Assembly: GCA_028691285.1 (NCBI GenBank)
Contig: JAQUZO010000001.1
Coordinates: 1-54,989, forward strand
Direction: 5' to 3'
Length of the DNA stretch: 54,989 bases
Source of the DNA: Anaerovibrio sp.
GTDB lineage: Bacteria; Bacillota; Negativicutes; Selenomonadales; Selenomonadaceae
Part shown: positions 18,523 through 28,213 of the stretch, piece by piece
How positions within the stretch are numbered: position 1 is the first letter of the stretch
Layout of the letters: the number at the start of each line of letters is the position of its first letter
Program-made: the position numbers and the translations under genes
The notes under the pieces: model-generated
What the model saw: the letters and a program-made list of their open reading frames with translations, nothing else
Databases searched by the model: none
What the model was told of the DNA's origin: nothing

Positions 18523-19713
18523 ATGAATTTTGTATTTATTTCGCCTCATTTTCCCAGGACCTATTGGCTTTTTGCCAATCGTCTGAAGCGTAATGGGGTA
18601 AATGTGCTTGGAATTGGGGATTGTCCATACGATGGTTTGCAGGATAATGTGCGTGGTTCGCTGACGGAATATTATTATGTGCAGGATATGAAGGACTACA
18701 GCCAGATGTTCAGGGCTGTTGCATTTTTTTCCTTTAAGTATGGCAAGATTGACTGGCTGGAATCCAACAATGAATTCTGGCTGGAGCAGGATGCCCGCCT
18801 GCGTACGGATTTCAATATTACCACCGGTGAGCAGTATGGTGATATCAGGCGCTTGAAATGCAAATCTGCCATGAAGGAATATTACCGAAAGGCAGGCATC
18901 GCCTCGGCTGCCTTGCATCAGGTATCCACTCTGGCAGCGGCGCAGGATTTTATCAGCAGAGTCGGCTATCCGGTTGTTGTCAAACCAGATGTGGGCGTGA
19001 ATGCCAATGACACCTATAAGCTGAAGAACGAGGCTGAGCTGAAGGACTTTTTCGCAGATTGTCCTCAGGAGCCTTATGTGATGGAGGAATTCGTCCAGGG
19101 GAAAATTTTTTCCTATGATGCGATTTTGGATAACAGGTCTAATCCGTTGATGGAATCGTGTACAGAATGGCCGTTGTCCATCATGGATATCGTGACAGAT
19201 AAACTAGATTTGGCTTATTTTGTCAGAGCGGATATTCCGCCGGCTCTCAAGAGGGCAGGTGAGGCTGTCATCAGAGCTTTTGACATGAAGAGCCGCTTTG
19301 TGCATCTGGAATTTTTCCAGCTGACAGAGACCAAGGCCGGTCTGGGCAGGGCAGGGGATTTTGTCGGGCTTGAGGTGAATATGCGTCCGGCTGGCGGCTA
19401 TACCCCTGACATGATGAATTTTGCTCACAGCATGGATGTTTATCGGATTTGGGCTGATATGGTAACTGACAACCGTCGGCTGCAGCGGGAGCTGCATGAT
19501 GATTATTTCTGTGTTTACGCAGGACGGCGCGACCAGTTCAGTTATGTGTACTCACCGGAGGAAATCAGCAGGCGCTATGGCAATGATATTGTGATGGCTG
19601 AAAGAATGCCGGAGATGATGGTGCCTCAGATGGGGAATCAGTGCTATATTGTCAGGCTGAAAACGGAGCCGGAGGTACAGGAGTTCATCAATTTTGTAAC
19701 GGCGCGAAGGTAA
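18523..19713 (+). CDS. ATP-grasp domain protein of unknown substrate
   Basis: GYPVVVKPDVG, MEEFV, HLEFF and LEVNMRPAG motifs. Confidence 0.88.
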   Translation: MNFVFISPHFPRTYWLFANRLKRNGVNVLGIGDCPYDGLQDNVRGSLTEYYYVQDMKDYSQMFRAVAFFSFKYGKIDWLESNNEFWLEQDARLRTDFNITTGEQYGDIRRLKCKSAMKEYYRKAGIASAALHQVSTLAAAQDFISRVGYPVVVKPDVGVNANDTYKLKNEAELKDFFADCPQEPYVMEEFVQGKIFSYDAILDNRSNPLMESCTEWPLSIMDIVTDKLDLAYFVRADIPPALKRAGEAVIRAFDMKSRFVHLEFFQLTETKAGLGRAGDFVGLEVNMRPAGGYTPDMMNFAHSMDVYRIWADMVTDNRRLQRELHDDYFCVYAGRRDQFSYVYSPEEISRRYGNDIVMAERMPEMMVPQMGNQCYIVRLKTEPEVQEFINFVTARR

Positions 19714-19722
19714 TGGAAAATT

Positions 19723-20304
19723 ATGAAAAAAATATTTATGTGTATGCTGCTGCTGGTGACCTTTATGACCAGCGCCTGTGCAGCAGGGTCATTTTTTGAT
19801 TTTAAGAAGGATGAAGGAGCGAGTAAAGTGGCTAATCGTATTGCAGTTTTTGATACTAACATGGGTGAATTCGAAATTGAGCTTTTTGGAGATAAGACGC
19901 CGATTACTGTCAAGAATTTTGTTGATTTGGCGCAGGATGGGTTTTATGACGGCGTGATTTTTCATCGTGTCATTGAAGGCTTCATGATTCAGGGCGGCGA
20001 TCCGACCGGTACAGGCATGGGTGGCCCTGGCTATACAATTGAGGATGAATTTGTGAAGGATCTGCATCATGACGATGAAGGGGTGCTGTCCATGGCAAAT
20101 ACCGGCCGTCCGCATACAGGCGGCTCCCAGTTTTTCATTACCCTGGCAGCTACTCCTTGGCTGGACGGGCATCATACTGTTTTTGGCAAGGTGGTCAAGG
20201 GCATGGAGGTTGTTCGTGAGATAGGACATGTCAAGACAGGTGCCCAGGACCGTCCTGTACATGATGTGGTAATCAATAAAATCACCATAAGGGATGCAGA
20301 GTGA
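19723..20304 (+). CDS. Cyclophilin-type peptidyl-prolyl isomerase with signal peptide
   Basis: [25 protein letters not shown] and [10 protein letters not shown] motifs; N-terminal signal peptide. Confidence 0.96.
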   Translation: MKKIFMCMLLLVTFMTSACAAGSFFDFKKDEGASKVANRIAVFDTNMGEFEIELFGDKTPITVKNFVDLAQDGFYDGVIFHRVIEGFMIQGGDPTGTGMGGPGYTIEDEFVKDLHHDDEGVLSMANTGRPHTGGSQFFITLAATPWLDGHHTVFGKVVKGMEVVREIGHVKTGAQDRPVHDVVINKITIRDAE

Positions 20305-20305
20305 A

Positions 20306-20560
20306 ATGAGTGAGGCCGAAAAAGCATATACATATATTTTGGAATGCTGTGACGGCAGTCTGTATACCGGTTACACTGTTGACTTGTCCCATCGCCTGAA
20401 AATGCACAATGCGGGCAGGGGCAGCAAGTATACCCGCAGCCGCCTGCCGGTCAGGCTGGTCTACTGCGAGGAGTTTCCGCTGAAAGCAGAGGCTATGCGG
20501 CGGGAATGCGAGATAAAAAAGCTGACCCGGAGCCAAAAGCTGGAACTGATAGCAGAATAA
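20306..20560 (+). CDS. GIY-YIG nuclease family protein (YazA/YhbQ-like)
   Basis: [27 protein letters not shown] pattern. Confidence 0.9.
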   Translation: MSEAEKAYTYILECCDGSLYTGYTVDLSHRLKMHNAGRGSKYTRSRLPVRLVYCEEFPLKAEAMRRECEIKKLTRSQKLELIAE

Positions 20561-20564
20561 TTTC

Positions 20565-20601
20565 AAGGATATCTTCCCCTGGAAGGTATCCTTTTTCTTT
20601 T
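20565..20601 (+). terminator. Terminator ending the ade-to-GIY-YIG run
   Basis: AAGGATATCTTCC-CCT-GGAAGGTATCCTT followed by a T-rich tail. Confidence 0.85.
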
Positions 20602-20632
20602 AGTTTCATTATCTATATAACTGTAAAATGTT

Positions 20633-20708
20633 TTGACGGTGAGTTAGCAAAAGAATATAATATTTAGAAGAGCAAAGTATTGACGAATATGGGTCACTGT
20701 GGTATCAT
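20633..20708 (+). promoter_or_regulatory. Two tandem sigma-A promoters of the his operon
   Basis: TTGACG(20633)-17-TATAAT(20656) and TTGACG(20680)-17-TATCAT(20703), the latter with an extended TG. Confidence 0.75.
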
Positions 20709-20720
20709 ATTATCCGTTAG

Positions 20721-20740
20721 CACTTTAATGAGATGAAGGA
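20721..20740. promoter_or_regulatory. Putative HisR(YerC) operator
   Basis: CACTTTA-N6-TGAAGGA just downstream of the second promoter; resembles the YACTTTA-N6-TAAAGTR motif as I recall it. Confidence 0.5.
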
Positions 20741-20768
20741 TGAAAATATTTACAGCGGAGGCGTTCAG

Positions 20769-21440
20769 ATGACTTCTAATGATATGGAATATATTACAAT
20801 TGCACTGCCGAAGGGCAAGCTCTTTGGGCTTTCAGCGGATCTGCTGGCGAAGGTTGGCTATACTGCCGAGGATTTAAGTGAAAAATCCCGTCGGCTGGTA
20901 ATTGTCAATGAGGAAAAAAAGATAAAATTCATCATCAGCAAGACTGCTGATGTACCTACCTATGTTGAATATGGGGCGGCAGATATAGGCATTATCGGCA
21001 AGGATGTACTGATGGAATCCGGGATGGATGTCTATGAGCTGCTTGACCTTGGCTTTGGCCGCTGTCATTTGATGATGGCAGTCAATAAGCAGCACAGGCG
21101 GGAAAAGCTGACGGATTATGCTCATACGCGTGTTGCGACCAAGTTTCCTCATATTGCCGAGAAGTTTTTTAACAGCAAAGGCATGCAGATGGAATACATC
21201 AAGCTGAACGGCTCTATTGAGCTGGGGCCGATTGTAGGGCTGTCCGAGAGCATTGTTGATATTGTGGAAACCGGCACGACACTGCGGGAGAACAATCTGG
21301 AGGAAATTGCCTATATCATGGATGCGACGGCGCGCCTGATCTGCAACCGGGTGAGCTTTAAGCTGAAGTTTGACAGGATCAATCAGCTTACAGAGGATTT
21401 GAAGCAGCTATTGGCAGCAGCGGAGGAGGAAAAACAATGA
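20769..21440 (+). CDS. hisG: ATP phosphoribosyltransferase, short form
   Basis: IALPKGK, GIIGKDVL and IVDIVETGTTL motifs; short form that needs HisZ; GGAGG RBS. Confidence 0.97.
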   Translation: MTSNDMEYITIALPKGKLFGLSADLLAKVGYTAEDLSEKSRRLVIVNEEKKIKFIISKTADVPTYVEYGAADIGIIGKDVLMESGMDVYELLDLGFGRCHLMMAVNKQHRREKLTDYAHTRVATKFPHIAEKFFNSKGMQMEYIKLNGSIELGPIVGLSESIVDIVETGTTLRENNLEEIAYIMDATARLICNRVSFKLKFDRINQLTEDLKQLLAAAEEEKQ

Positions 21441-22774
21441 GAATCGTCAATGTGAGAGAAATGGGCCTGGAAAATGTCGAAAAGCTCCTGAGGAAGCCGG
21501 CTTTTGACCAGGTAGAACTGAATCCCCGCATCAGAGAAGGAAATAAAAAATTATTCGGTGAGGATTTGACTGCTGCGGAGATTGTGGACCGCATTGTGGG
21601 TGAGGTTCGCCTAAATGGCGATGCGGCAGTTATCAAATACACCAAATTGATTGACAGAACAGAATTTACCGCTGAGGAATTTTTGGTTACAGAGGCTGAA
21701 TATGAAGCCGCTTATGCAGAGGCAGATCCTGAGGTTGTGGCATCCCTGAAAAAGGCTGCCGACAATGTACGGCAGTATCATCAGGAGCAGAAGCCGAATT
21801 CCTGGATGACCTACCGGGGGCATGGCTCTATTTTGGGGCAGTCTGTGATTCCTCTGGACAGGGTCGGTATCTATGTGCCGGGAGGCACTGCGGCCTACCC
21901 GTCCTCGGTGATAATGAATGCCATACCGGCTGTTGTGGCGGGAGTCAGGGAAATCATCATGATGGTACCGCCGAAAAACGGCAGGATAAATCCTTATGTC
22001 CTGGTTGCGGCCAGGGAAGCCGGAGTTTCAAAGATCTTCAAGATTGGCGGAGCTCAGGCGATTGCAGCAATGGCTTTTGGCACGGAGACGGTTCCCCGTG
22101 TAGATAAGATTACCGGACCTGGCAATATCTTTGTTACTTTGGCCAAAAAGGCTGTTTATGGTCACTGCGATATTGATATGCTGGCAGGGCCAAGCGAAAT
22201 CCTGATTGTGGCGGATAAATCAGCCGATCCTGTTTATACTGCGGCAGATATGCTCAGTCAGGCAGAGCATGACATGCTTGCCTCCAGCATTGTCATTACC
22301 GACAGCAGCGAATTGGCCGGCAAGGTAGCGGCTGAGGCAGAAAGACAGCTTTGTGAACTGCCCCGGGAGGAGATAACCCGAGCTTCCCTGGACAGGAACG
22401 GTCTGATTATCGTAACAGAGGATATTTTGCAGGCTGTTGAGCTGGCCAATGTTTCTGCTCCGGAGCACATGGAGATACTGACAGAGCAGCCATTCCAGCT
22501 TCTGCCTTATGTGCGTCATGCTGGTGCAGTGTTCCTGGGAGCCTATTCACCGGAGCCTTTGGGGGATTATTTTGCAGGGCCGAATCATGTGCTGCCTACG
22601 GGAGGGACGGCCAGATATTATTCTGTACTCAATGTAGAAACCTTCATGAAGCGCACCAGTATTATTTCATATACTCAGGAGCAGCTCAATGCGGTCAGTG
22701 ATGATGTAATCAGGCTGGCAGAGGCTGAAGGCCTGCAGGCACATGCCAATGCTGTAAGACTGCGCAGGCCGTGA
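21437..22774 (+). CDS. hisD: Histidinol dehydrogenase
   Basis: YVPGG, DMLAGPSE, SQAEHD, APEH and GPNHVLPT motifs. Confidence 0.98.
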   Translation: MRIVNVREMGLENVEKLLRKPAFDQVELNPRIREGNKKLFGEDLTAAEIVDRIVGEVRLNGDAAVIKYTKLIDRTEFTAEEFLVTEAEYEAAYAEADPEVVASLKKAADNVRQYHQEQKPNSWMTYRGHGSILGQSVIPLDRVGIYVPGGTAAYPSSVIMNAIPAVVAGVREIIMMVPPKNGRINPYVLVAAREAGVSKIFKIGGAQAIAAMAFGTETVPRVDKITGPGNIFVTLAKKAVYGHCDIDMLAGPSEILIVADKSADPVYTAADMLSQAEHDMLASSIVITDSSELAGKVAAEAERQLCELPREEITRASLDRNGLIIVTEDILQAVELANVSAPEHMEILTEQPFQLLPYVRHAGAVFLGAYSPEPLGDYFAGPNHVLPTGGTARYYSVLNVETFMKRTSIISYTQEQLNAVSDDVIRLAEAEGLQAHANAVRLRRP

Positions 22775-22847
22775 CAGGCTGGTTCAGCTGCCGGGAGTGC
22801 GCTGCAGATTGAGAATGTGCTTGGATTGTAGCAGAGAGGGAATTGAA

Positions 22848-23924
22848 ATGAGAGTAAAAAAGTTAAAATACAGAAGCAAGCTGGGTGAAATGCCGTCCTA
22901 CGATGTGGTGGAGCGTGAGTGGAAAATCAAGGTCAACGCCAATGAATGCGGGATGAATCTGCCTCCTATGGTAGAGGAACGGGTCATGGGGAGATTGAGC
23001 CGTATAGCCTTCAACCGTTATCCCAATGAGGATCTGGAGCAGCTCATGGAAGCAATTGCAGGCAATTATGGCCTGACCAAGGAGAACATCCTGATAGGCA
23101 ATGGCTCCAGTGAAATCATTGAAAAGCTGTTTTATGCCTTTGGCGGCAAGAACCTTACCGTTGTTTATCCGCAGCCGTCATTTTCCATGTATGACATTTA
23201 TGCCAAGGCTGCAGAGGCCCGCAGTGTCACTGTTGAGCTGAACCGTGAGGATTACAGTCTCAACATTCACAATTTTGTTCAGAAGGTAAACGATTCCAAG
23301 GCTGCTCTGGCTGTAGTATGCAACCCCAACAATCCAACGGGCAATGCACTTACCCTGAAAGAGATTGAGGATATAGCGGAGCATACAAGCTGTGCCCTGC
23401 TGATTGATGAAGCCTATGTAGAGTTTTATGGACAGTCTGCTGCCTCTCTGCTGAAAAAGTATCCGAAGCTGTTGATTGCCCGCACCTTTTCAAAGGCTTA
23501 TGGACTGGCAGCTGTCCGCTGCGGCTATCTTTTGGGAGATGCGTCTGTCATTGCTATGGTTGCCAAAACCTTTATGCCCTATCACATGGATGTGCTGACT
23601 CTGGTGACAGCGGATACGGTGTTTCAGATGCGGGATGAGTATGTGCCGCGGATCCAGCAGATGATAGCAGAACGGAACCGCATGTCCGAACAGTATGCTT
23701 CTCTGCCTGATTTTAAGGTATATCCATCTCAGACCAATTTCATCATGGTAAGATATGAGAAGGCTGTACAGCTCAATGAGTCTCTGACAGAGCAGAGCAT
23801 CGGTATCAGGAGCTTTGGCAAAGCACCGGGGCTGGAGAATTGCCTGAGGATATCCATGGGAACCAGAGAGGAAAATGATAGTGTCTTCAAGGCGGTCAAA
23901 GCCTTTGTGGAAGCGGAGGCTTGA
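22848..23924 (+). CDS. hisC: Histidinol-phosphate aminotransferase
   Basis: NRYP, CNPNNPTG, DEAY and RTFSKAYGLA (PLP Lys). Confidence 0.96.
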   Translation: MRVKKLKYRSKLGEMPSYDVVEREWKIKVNANECGMNLPPMVEERVMGRLSRIAFNRYPNEDLEQLMEAIAGNYGLTKENILIGNGSSEIIEKLFYAFGGKNLTVVYPQPSFSMYDIYAKAAEARSVTVELNREDYSLNIHNFVQKVNDSKAALAVVCNPNNPTGNALTLKEIEDIAEHTSCALLIDEAYVEFYGQSAASLLKKYPKLLIARTFSKAYGLAAVRCGYLLGDASVIAMVAKTFMPYHMDVLTLVTADTVFQMRDEYVPRIQQMIAERNRMSEQYASLPDFKVYPSQTNFIMVRYEKAVQLNESLTEQSIGIRSFGKAPGLENCLRISMGTREENDSVFKAVKAFVEAEA

Positions 23925-23925
23925 T

Positions 23926-24546
23926 ATGGAAAACAGGAATATGACGGCAGACAGGCGCAGGAGCAGCAATGTTATCCGCGAAACCAGGGAAACTAGAATA
24001 GACCTGACTATAGATCTGGACGGTGCAGGCAGGACTGATATCAGTACCGGGATTGGCTTTTTTGATCACATGCTGAATCTGTTCGGCGCTCACGGACGCT
24101 TTGATCTGGTGCTGAGCTGCACCGGGGATACTGAGGTGGACGGACACCACAGCGTAGAGGATGTCGGCATTGCCTTGGGGCAGGCGGTACAGAAGGCTTT
24201 GCGGGACAAGAGAGGCATCCGCCGCTATGGTACATTTTTCCTGCCGATGGACGAGGCACTGGTGATGGTATCTTTGGATGTCAGCGGGCGTCCTTTTCTG
24301 GTATATGATGGCGGCGATGCCATGGCACCTATGATCGGGCAGTATGATACGGAGCTGACAGAGGAGTTTTTGCGGGCCTTTGCCTTCAATGCAGGCATTA
24401 CGCTCCATGTCAGGGTGATGTATGGTACAAATTCCCATCATAAGGTGGAGGCAATCTTCAAGGCGCTGGGACGCGCCCTGCATGCAGCGGTAGAGATCGA
24501 TCCTGAGACAGCGGATGAGATTCCTTCTACCAAAGGAATTTTATAA
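23926..24546 (+). CDS. hisB: Imidazoleglycerol-phosphate dehydratase
   Basis: RETRET, FFDHML, DGHHSVED, NSHHKVEA and STKG motifs. Confidence 0.97.
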   Translation: MENRNMTADRRRSSNVIRETRETRIDLTIDLDGAGRTDISTGIGFFDHMLNLFGAHGRFDLVLSCTGDTEVDGHHSVEDVGIALGQAVQKALRDKRGIRRYGTFFLPMDEALVMVSLDVSGRPFLVYDGGDAMAPMIGQYDTELTEEFLRAFAFNAGITLHVRVMYGTNSHHKVEAIFKALGRALHAAVEIDPETADEIPSTKGIL

Positions 24547-24572
24547 AGCAGAGGCAGGAGGCGGAAAGAATT

Positions 24573-25178
24573 ATGATCGCAGTCATTGATTATGGAGTAG
24601 GGAATCTTTTCAGCGTAGAAAAGGCGCTGCTGCAGTTTTCCCAGGATGTCATCGTTACCGGCAAGCGGGAAATTATTGAAGCAGCAGAGAAGCTGGTATT
24701 GCCCGGAGTAGGTGATTTCGGGGAATGTATGAGCAATCTGGAGGCAACGGGGCTCATTCCTGTGATAAAACAGAAAATCGCTGCTGGTACGCCTCTTTTG
24801 GGGATATGTATCGGTGAGCAGATTCTTTTTGAGGGCAGTGAGGAATCGCCGGGAGCTGCAGGGCTGGGCATATTCAAGGGGATGGTGAGGCACATCCGGG
24901 CGGATGGCCTGAAGGTGCCGCACATGGGCTGGAACTCGGTCAGCTTTTCTCAGCCAAGGCATCCACTTTTGAAAAATTTGGATGAGCATCCTTATTTTTA
25001 TTTCGTGCACAGCTATCACTGTGTGCCGGAGGATAAGGAGCTGATCATTGCTGCTGCTGAATATGGCGAAAAGCTGACTGCTGCCGTGGCAAAGGACAAT
25101 GTCATGGCAACGCAGTTCCATCCGGAAAAATCCGGAGATGTAGGCTTGCAGGTCCTGAAGAATTTTGTTGAGCTGTAG
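24573..25178 (+). CDS. hisH: Imidazole glycerol phosphate synthase, glutaminase subunit
   Basis: DYGVGN, LPGVG, GIC, PHMGWN and QFHPEKS motifs. Confidence 0.97.
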   Translation: MIAVIDYGVGNLFSVEKALLQFSQDVIVTGKREIIEAAEKLVLPGVGDFGECMSNLEATGLIPVIKQKIAAGTPLLGICIGEQILFEGSEESPGAAGLGIFKGMVRHIRADGLKVPHMGWNSVSFSQPRHPLLKNLDEHPYFYFVHSYHCVPEDKELIIAAAEYGEKLTAAVAKDNVMATQFHPEKSGDVGLQVLKNFVEL

Positions 25179-25204
25179 GATTTTTAGGAGGCTGGATATA
25201 AGAT

Positions 25205-25933
25205 ATGCTGATTTTTCCTGCGATAGATATTAGGAATGGCAAATGCGTGCGTTTATTCAAGGGCGATTTCGCTCAGGAAACTGTTTTTAGTGACCGACCT
25301 GAGGAAATGGCCGCCAAATGGGAGGCCCAGGGGGGCAGATTTTTGCATTTAGTGGATTTGGATGGCGCATTGACTGGCAAATCCATGAATTTAGAGGTTG
25401 TTGAGAGAATAGCAGCTGCTGTCGATATCCCGGTAGAGCTGGGCGGCGGCATACGCACTATGGAAAATATCGACACGGTGCTTGCTTTGGGGGTCCAGAG
25501 GGTCATTTTGGGCTCTGTGGCAGTGCAGAATCCGGAGCTGGTCAGGGAGGCCTGTGCCAAATATGGTGAACGCATTGTTGTGGGGATTGATGCCAGGGAT
25601 GGCATTGTTGCAGTGGATGGCTGGGGCATTTCCGGCGAGATAGGAGCTGTGGAGCTGGCAAAAAAAATGGCTGCCGCCGGTGTGAAGACTATTATCTATA
25701 CGGATATTGCCAGAGACGGCACGCTGTCTGGTGTCAATGTGGAAGCGACAGCAGAATTGGCCCGTGAAAGCGGCATAAATGTTGTAGCCTCTGGAGGCGT
25801 GAAGTCACTGGAAGATATCAAAGCACTGCTGCCGTATGAAAAGGATGGCATTGAGGGCGTTATTGTAGGCAAAGCCATCTATACCGGCAGCCTGGACCTG
25901 AAGGAGGCCGTTGCTTTGACTGAGGAGGCGTAG
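25205..25933 (+). CDS. hisA: ProFAR isomerase
   Basis: PAIDI, HLVDLDGA, GGGIR and TDIARDG motifs. Confidence 0.97.
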   Translation: MLIFPAIDIRNGKCVRLFKGDFAQETVFSDRPEEMAAKWEAQGGRFLHLVDLDGALTGKSMNLEVVERIAAAVDIPVELGGGIRTMENIDTVLALGVQRVILGSVAVQNPELVREACAKYGERIVVGIDARDGIVAVDGWGISGEIGAVELAKKMAAAGVKTIIYTDIARDGTLSGVNVEATAELARESGINVVASGGVKSLEDIKALLPYEKDGIEGVIVGKAIYTGSLDLKEAVALTEEA

Positions 25934-25936
25934 GCG

Positions 25937-26695
25937 ATGTATACAAAAAGGATTATTCCCTGCCTGGATGTAAAGGAAGGCCGGGTCGTAAAGGGCACTA
26001 ATTTTGTGGGGCTCAGAGACGCAGGCGATCCTGTAGAGCTGGCGCACCGTTATGAGCTTGAGCGCTGCGATGAACTGGTTTTTTTGGATATTACTGCCTC
26101 CAGTGAGCAGCGTGATACCATCGTACAGATAGCAAGAGAATGTGCCTCCAAGGTTTTTATACCGTTTACTATTGGCGGCGGTATCCGCACGGCGGAGGAT
26201 ATGAGGAAAATGCTGAAGGCGGGGGCAGATAAGACCTCTGTCAATACTGCGGCGGTCAAGAATCCTGACCTTATCCGTCAGGGAGCAGAAAAATTTGGCC
26301 GTCAGTGTATTGTGCTGGCGATAGATGCCAGAAGCTGCGGAGAGAACAAATGGGAGGTTTATATCAATGGCGGCAGGACCCCTACAGGCATGGATGCTGT
26401 GGAATGGGCCAGGCGTGCAGTGGAGCTGGGAGCGGGCGAAATACTTCTCACCAGCATGGATGCTGACGGAACGAAGGACGGCTATGATATTCCTCTGACC
26501 AGAGCAGTTTCGGAGGCAGTGGATGTGCCTGTCATTGCTTCAGGCGGTGCGGGCAAAATGGAGCATTTCTACGATGTGCTGACCCAGGGCAAGGCAGATG
26601 CAGTTTTGGCGGCATCTGTTTTCCATTATGGCCAGTACACCATGCGTCAGGTGAAGGATTATCTTAAATCCCGAGGAGTGGAGGTTAGATTCTAA
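25937..26695 (+). CDS. hisF: Imidazole glycerol phosphate synthase, cyclase subunit
   Basis: [24 protein letters not shown] and ASGGAG motifs. Confidence 0.98.
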   Translation: MYTKRIIPCLDVKEGRVVKGTNFVGLRDAGDPVELAHRYELERCDELVFLDITASSEQRDTIVQIARECASKVFIPFTIGGGIRTAEDMRKMLKAGADKTSVNTAAVKNPDLIRQGAEKFGRQCIVLAIDARSCGENKWEVYINGGRTPTGMDAVEWARRAVELGAGEILLTSMDADGTKDGYDIPLTRAVSEAVDVPVIASGGAGKMEHFYDVLTQGKADAVLAASVFHYGQYTMRQVKDYLKSRGVEVRF

Positions 26696-27399
26696 TGCTG
26701 GATATTTCAATGATAAATTTTGATGCTGACGGACTGGTTCCGGCAGTTGTTCAGGAAGAAAACGGTCAGGTGCTGATGCTGGCGTACATGAACGAGGAGT
26801 CTCTGAAAAGAACGCTGGAAACAGGTACGACCTGGTTTTGGAGCCGCAGCCGCCAGGAGCTGTGGCACAAGGGGGAAACCTCCGGCAATCTGCAGGAGGT
26901 CAAGGATATGTATTATGACTGCGACGGTGACACCATTTTGGTCATCGTTCACCAGACCGGCTCAGGAGCCTGCCATACAGGAACCTATTCCTGCTTCAGC
27001 GGCCGGCATCTGCTGCCGAATGATAAGGCACTGACGGTAGTCGAGCAGCCGGCAGACAAGAATGCACTGGCGGCCATAATGAACGAGTTGTATGATGTTA
27101 TCAGGGATCGCCAGCTCAATCCTAAGGCAGGGTCATATACCAATTACCTTTTTGATAAGGGGCAGGACAAAATCCTGAAAAAGGTAGGCGAAGAAGCAGT
27201 CGAAACTGTCATTGCCTCCAAGAATCTCAACAAGGAAGAAATTGTCTACGAGATGGGAGATTTGTGGTATCACTGCCTGGTTCTCCTGGCCTATCACAAC
27301 ATCAAGCCGGAGGAAATTTTTGCTGAGCTGATCAACCGCCATAATGGGGGAGATTATCACAAGTTCACCGGCAAAACAGGCATCAGGCCTGTAGATTGA
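26695..27399 (+). CDS. hisIE: Bifunctional PR-AMP cyclohydrolase / PR-ATP pyrophosphatase
   Basis: WSRSR.LW.KGETSG, DCDGD and ACHTG, then SYT..LF.KG...I.KKVGEE. Confidence 0.97.
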   Translation: MLDISMINFDADGLVPAVVQEENGQVLMLAYMNEESLKRTLETGTTWFWSRSRQELWHKGETSGNLQEVKDMYYDCDGDTILVIVHQTGSGACHTGTYSCFSGRHLLPNDKALTVVEQPADKNALAAIMNELYDVIRDRQLNPKAGSYTNYLFDKGQDKILKKVGEEAVETVIASKNLNKEEIVYEMGDLWYHCLVLLAYHNIKPEEIFAELINRHNGGDYHKFTGKTGIRPVD

Positions 27400-27402
27400 G
27401 TC

Positions 27403-27453
27403 AAAAAAGCACCTGCGGCTTGAGCATAGGCTCGGCTGGCAGGTGCTTTCTTT
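27403..27453 (+). terminator. his operon terminator (possibly bidirectional)
   Basis: AAAAAAGCACCTGC...GCAGGTGCTTTCTTT inverted repeat. Confidence 0.8.
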
Positions 27454-27470
27454 AGTTCAGCAGTGAATAT

Positions 27471-28181
27471 ATGGAGCAGGCAATGGGTTCTAAAAAAACA
27501 GTGATTTTTGCAGGTGTGCCTGTACAGGTGGTACGCAGGCCCCGCATGAAAAATATCAGAATCAGGGTGGTGCCGCCTAAAGGAGAGATTGTCCTGAGCT
27601 GCCCTTATGGGGTGGCAGCTCATCAATGGCAGAAAGTACTGCAGGAAGCCTGGGCGGGCGTAATCCAGGCCCGGGAAAGATGCCGGCAAAAGCACAGTGC
27701 GGAGAGGCTTGTGCCGGTCGGCGGCTGCTGCATGCTTTGGGGGCGTATTTTTCCGTTGGAGCTGGTCCGCAGGCCGGGCAAACCATATATCAGGCATGGA
27801 ACAGATAAAATCTTCCTGGCTGTTCAGGAGGAGCCTTCGGAGGAATATATCCGAAGCTGTCTCCATGAGCTCTACCGGCATGAGCTTATGCTCACGCTGC
27901 CTGAGGTTTTGGCGGAATGTGAAAGTATGACAGGATTGCGGGCAAATGAGGTGCGGTTAAAGAAAATGCATACCCGCTGGGGCTCCTGCAATGTTTCTGC
28001 GAAACGCATCTGGCTGAGTCTGAGCCTGGCCGGCAAACCGGTGGAATGCCTGAAATATGTCATCATACATGAGCTGGTGCATCTGCTTGAGAGAAAGCAT
28101 AACGCCAGGTTCCACGCTCTGGTCAGGGGCTTTTATCCCCGCTGGCAGGAGGCGGAGGCACAGCTTTGCAGTGACAGCTGA
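27471..28181 (+). CDS. YgjP/DUF45-family zinc metalloprotein
   Basis: MHTRWGSC and YVIIHELVHL..H...F motifs. Confidence 0.9.
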   Translation: MEQAMGSKKTVIFAGVPVQVVRRPRMKNIRIRVVPPKGEIVLSCPYGVAAHQWQKVLQEAWAGVIQARERCRQKHSAERLVPVGGCCMLWGRIFPLELVRRPGKPYIRHGTDKIFLAVQEEPSEEYIRSCLHELYRHELMLTLPEVLAECESMTGLRANEVRLKKMHTRWGSCNVSAKRIWLSLSLAGKPVECLKYVIIHELVHLLERKHNARFHALVRGFYPRWQEAEAQLCSDS

Positions 28182-28213
28182 CTGTCGGGTTGGCAGGCGG
28201 CTGCAGGAAAAAA

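Noticed and set aside
20306-20560. GIY-YIG protein as a homing endonuclease or mobile intron
   Set aside because: It is the short stand-alone YazA/YhbQ type, with no DNA-binding extension or interrupted host gene.
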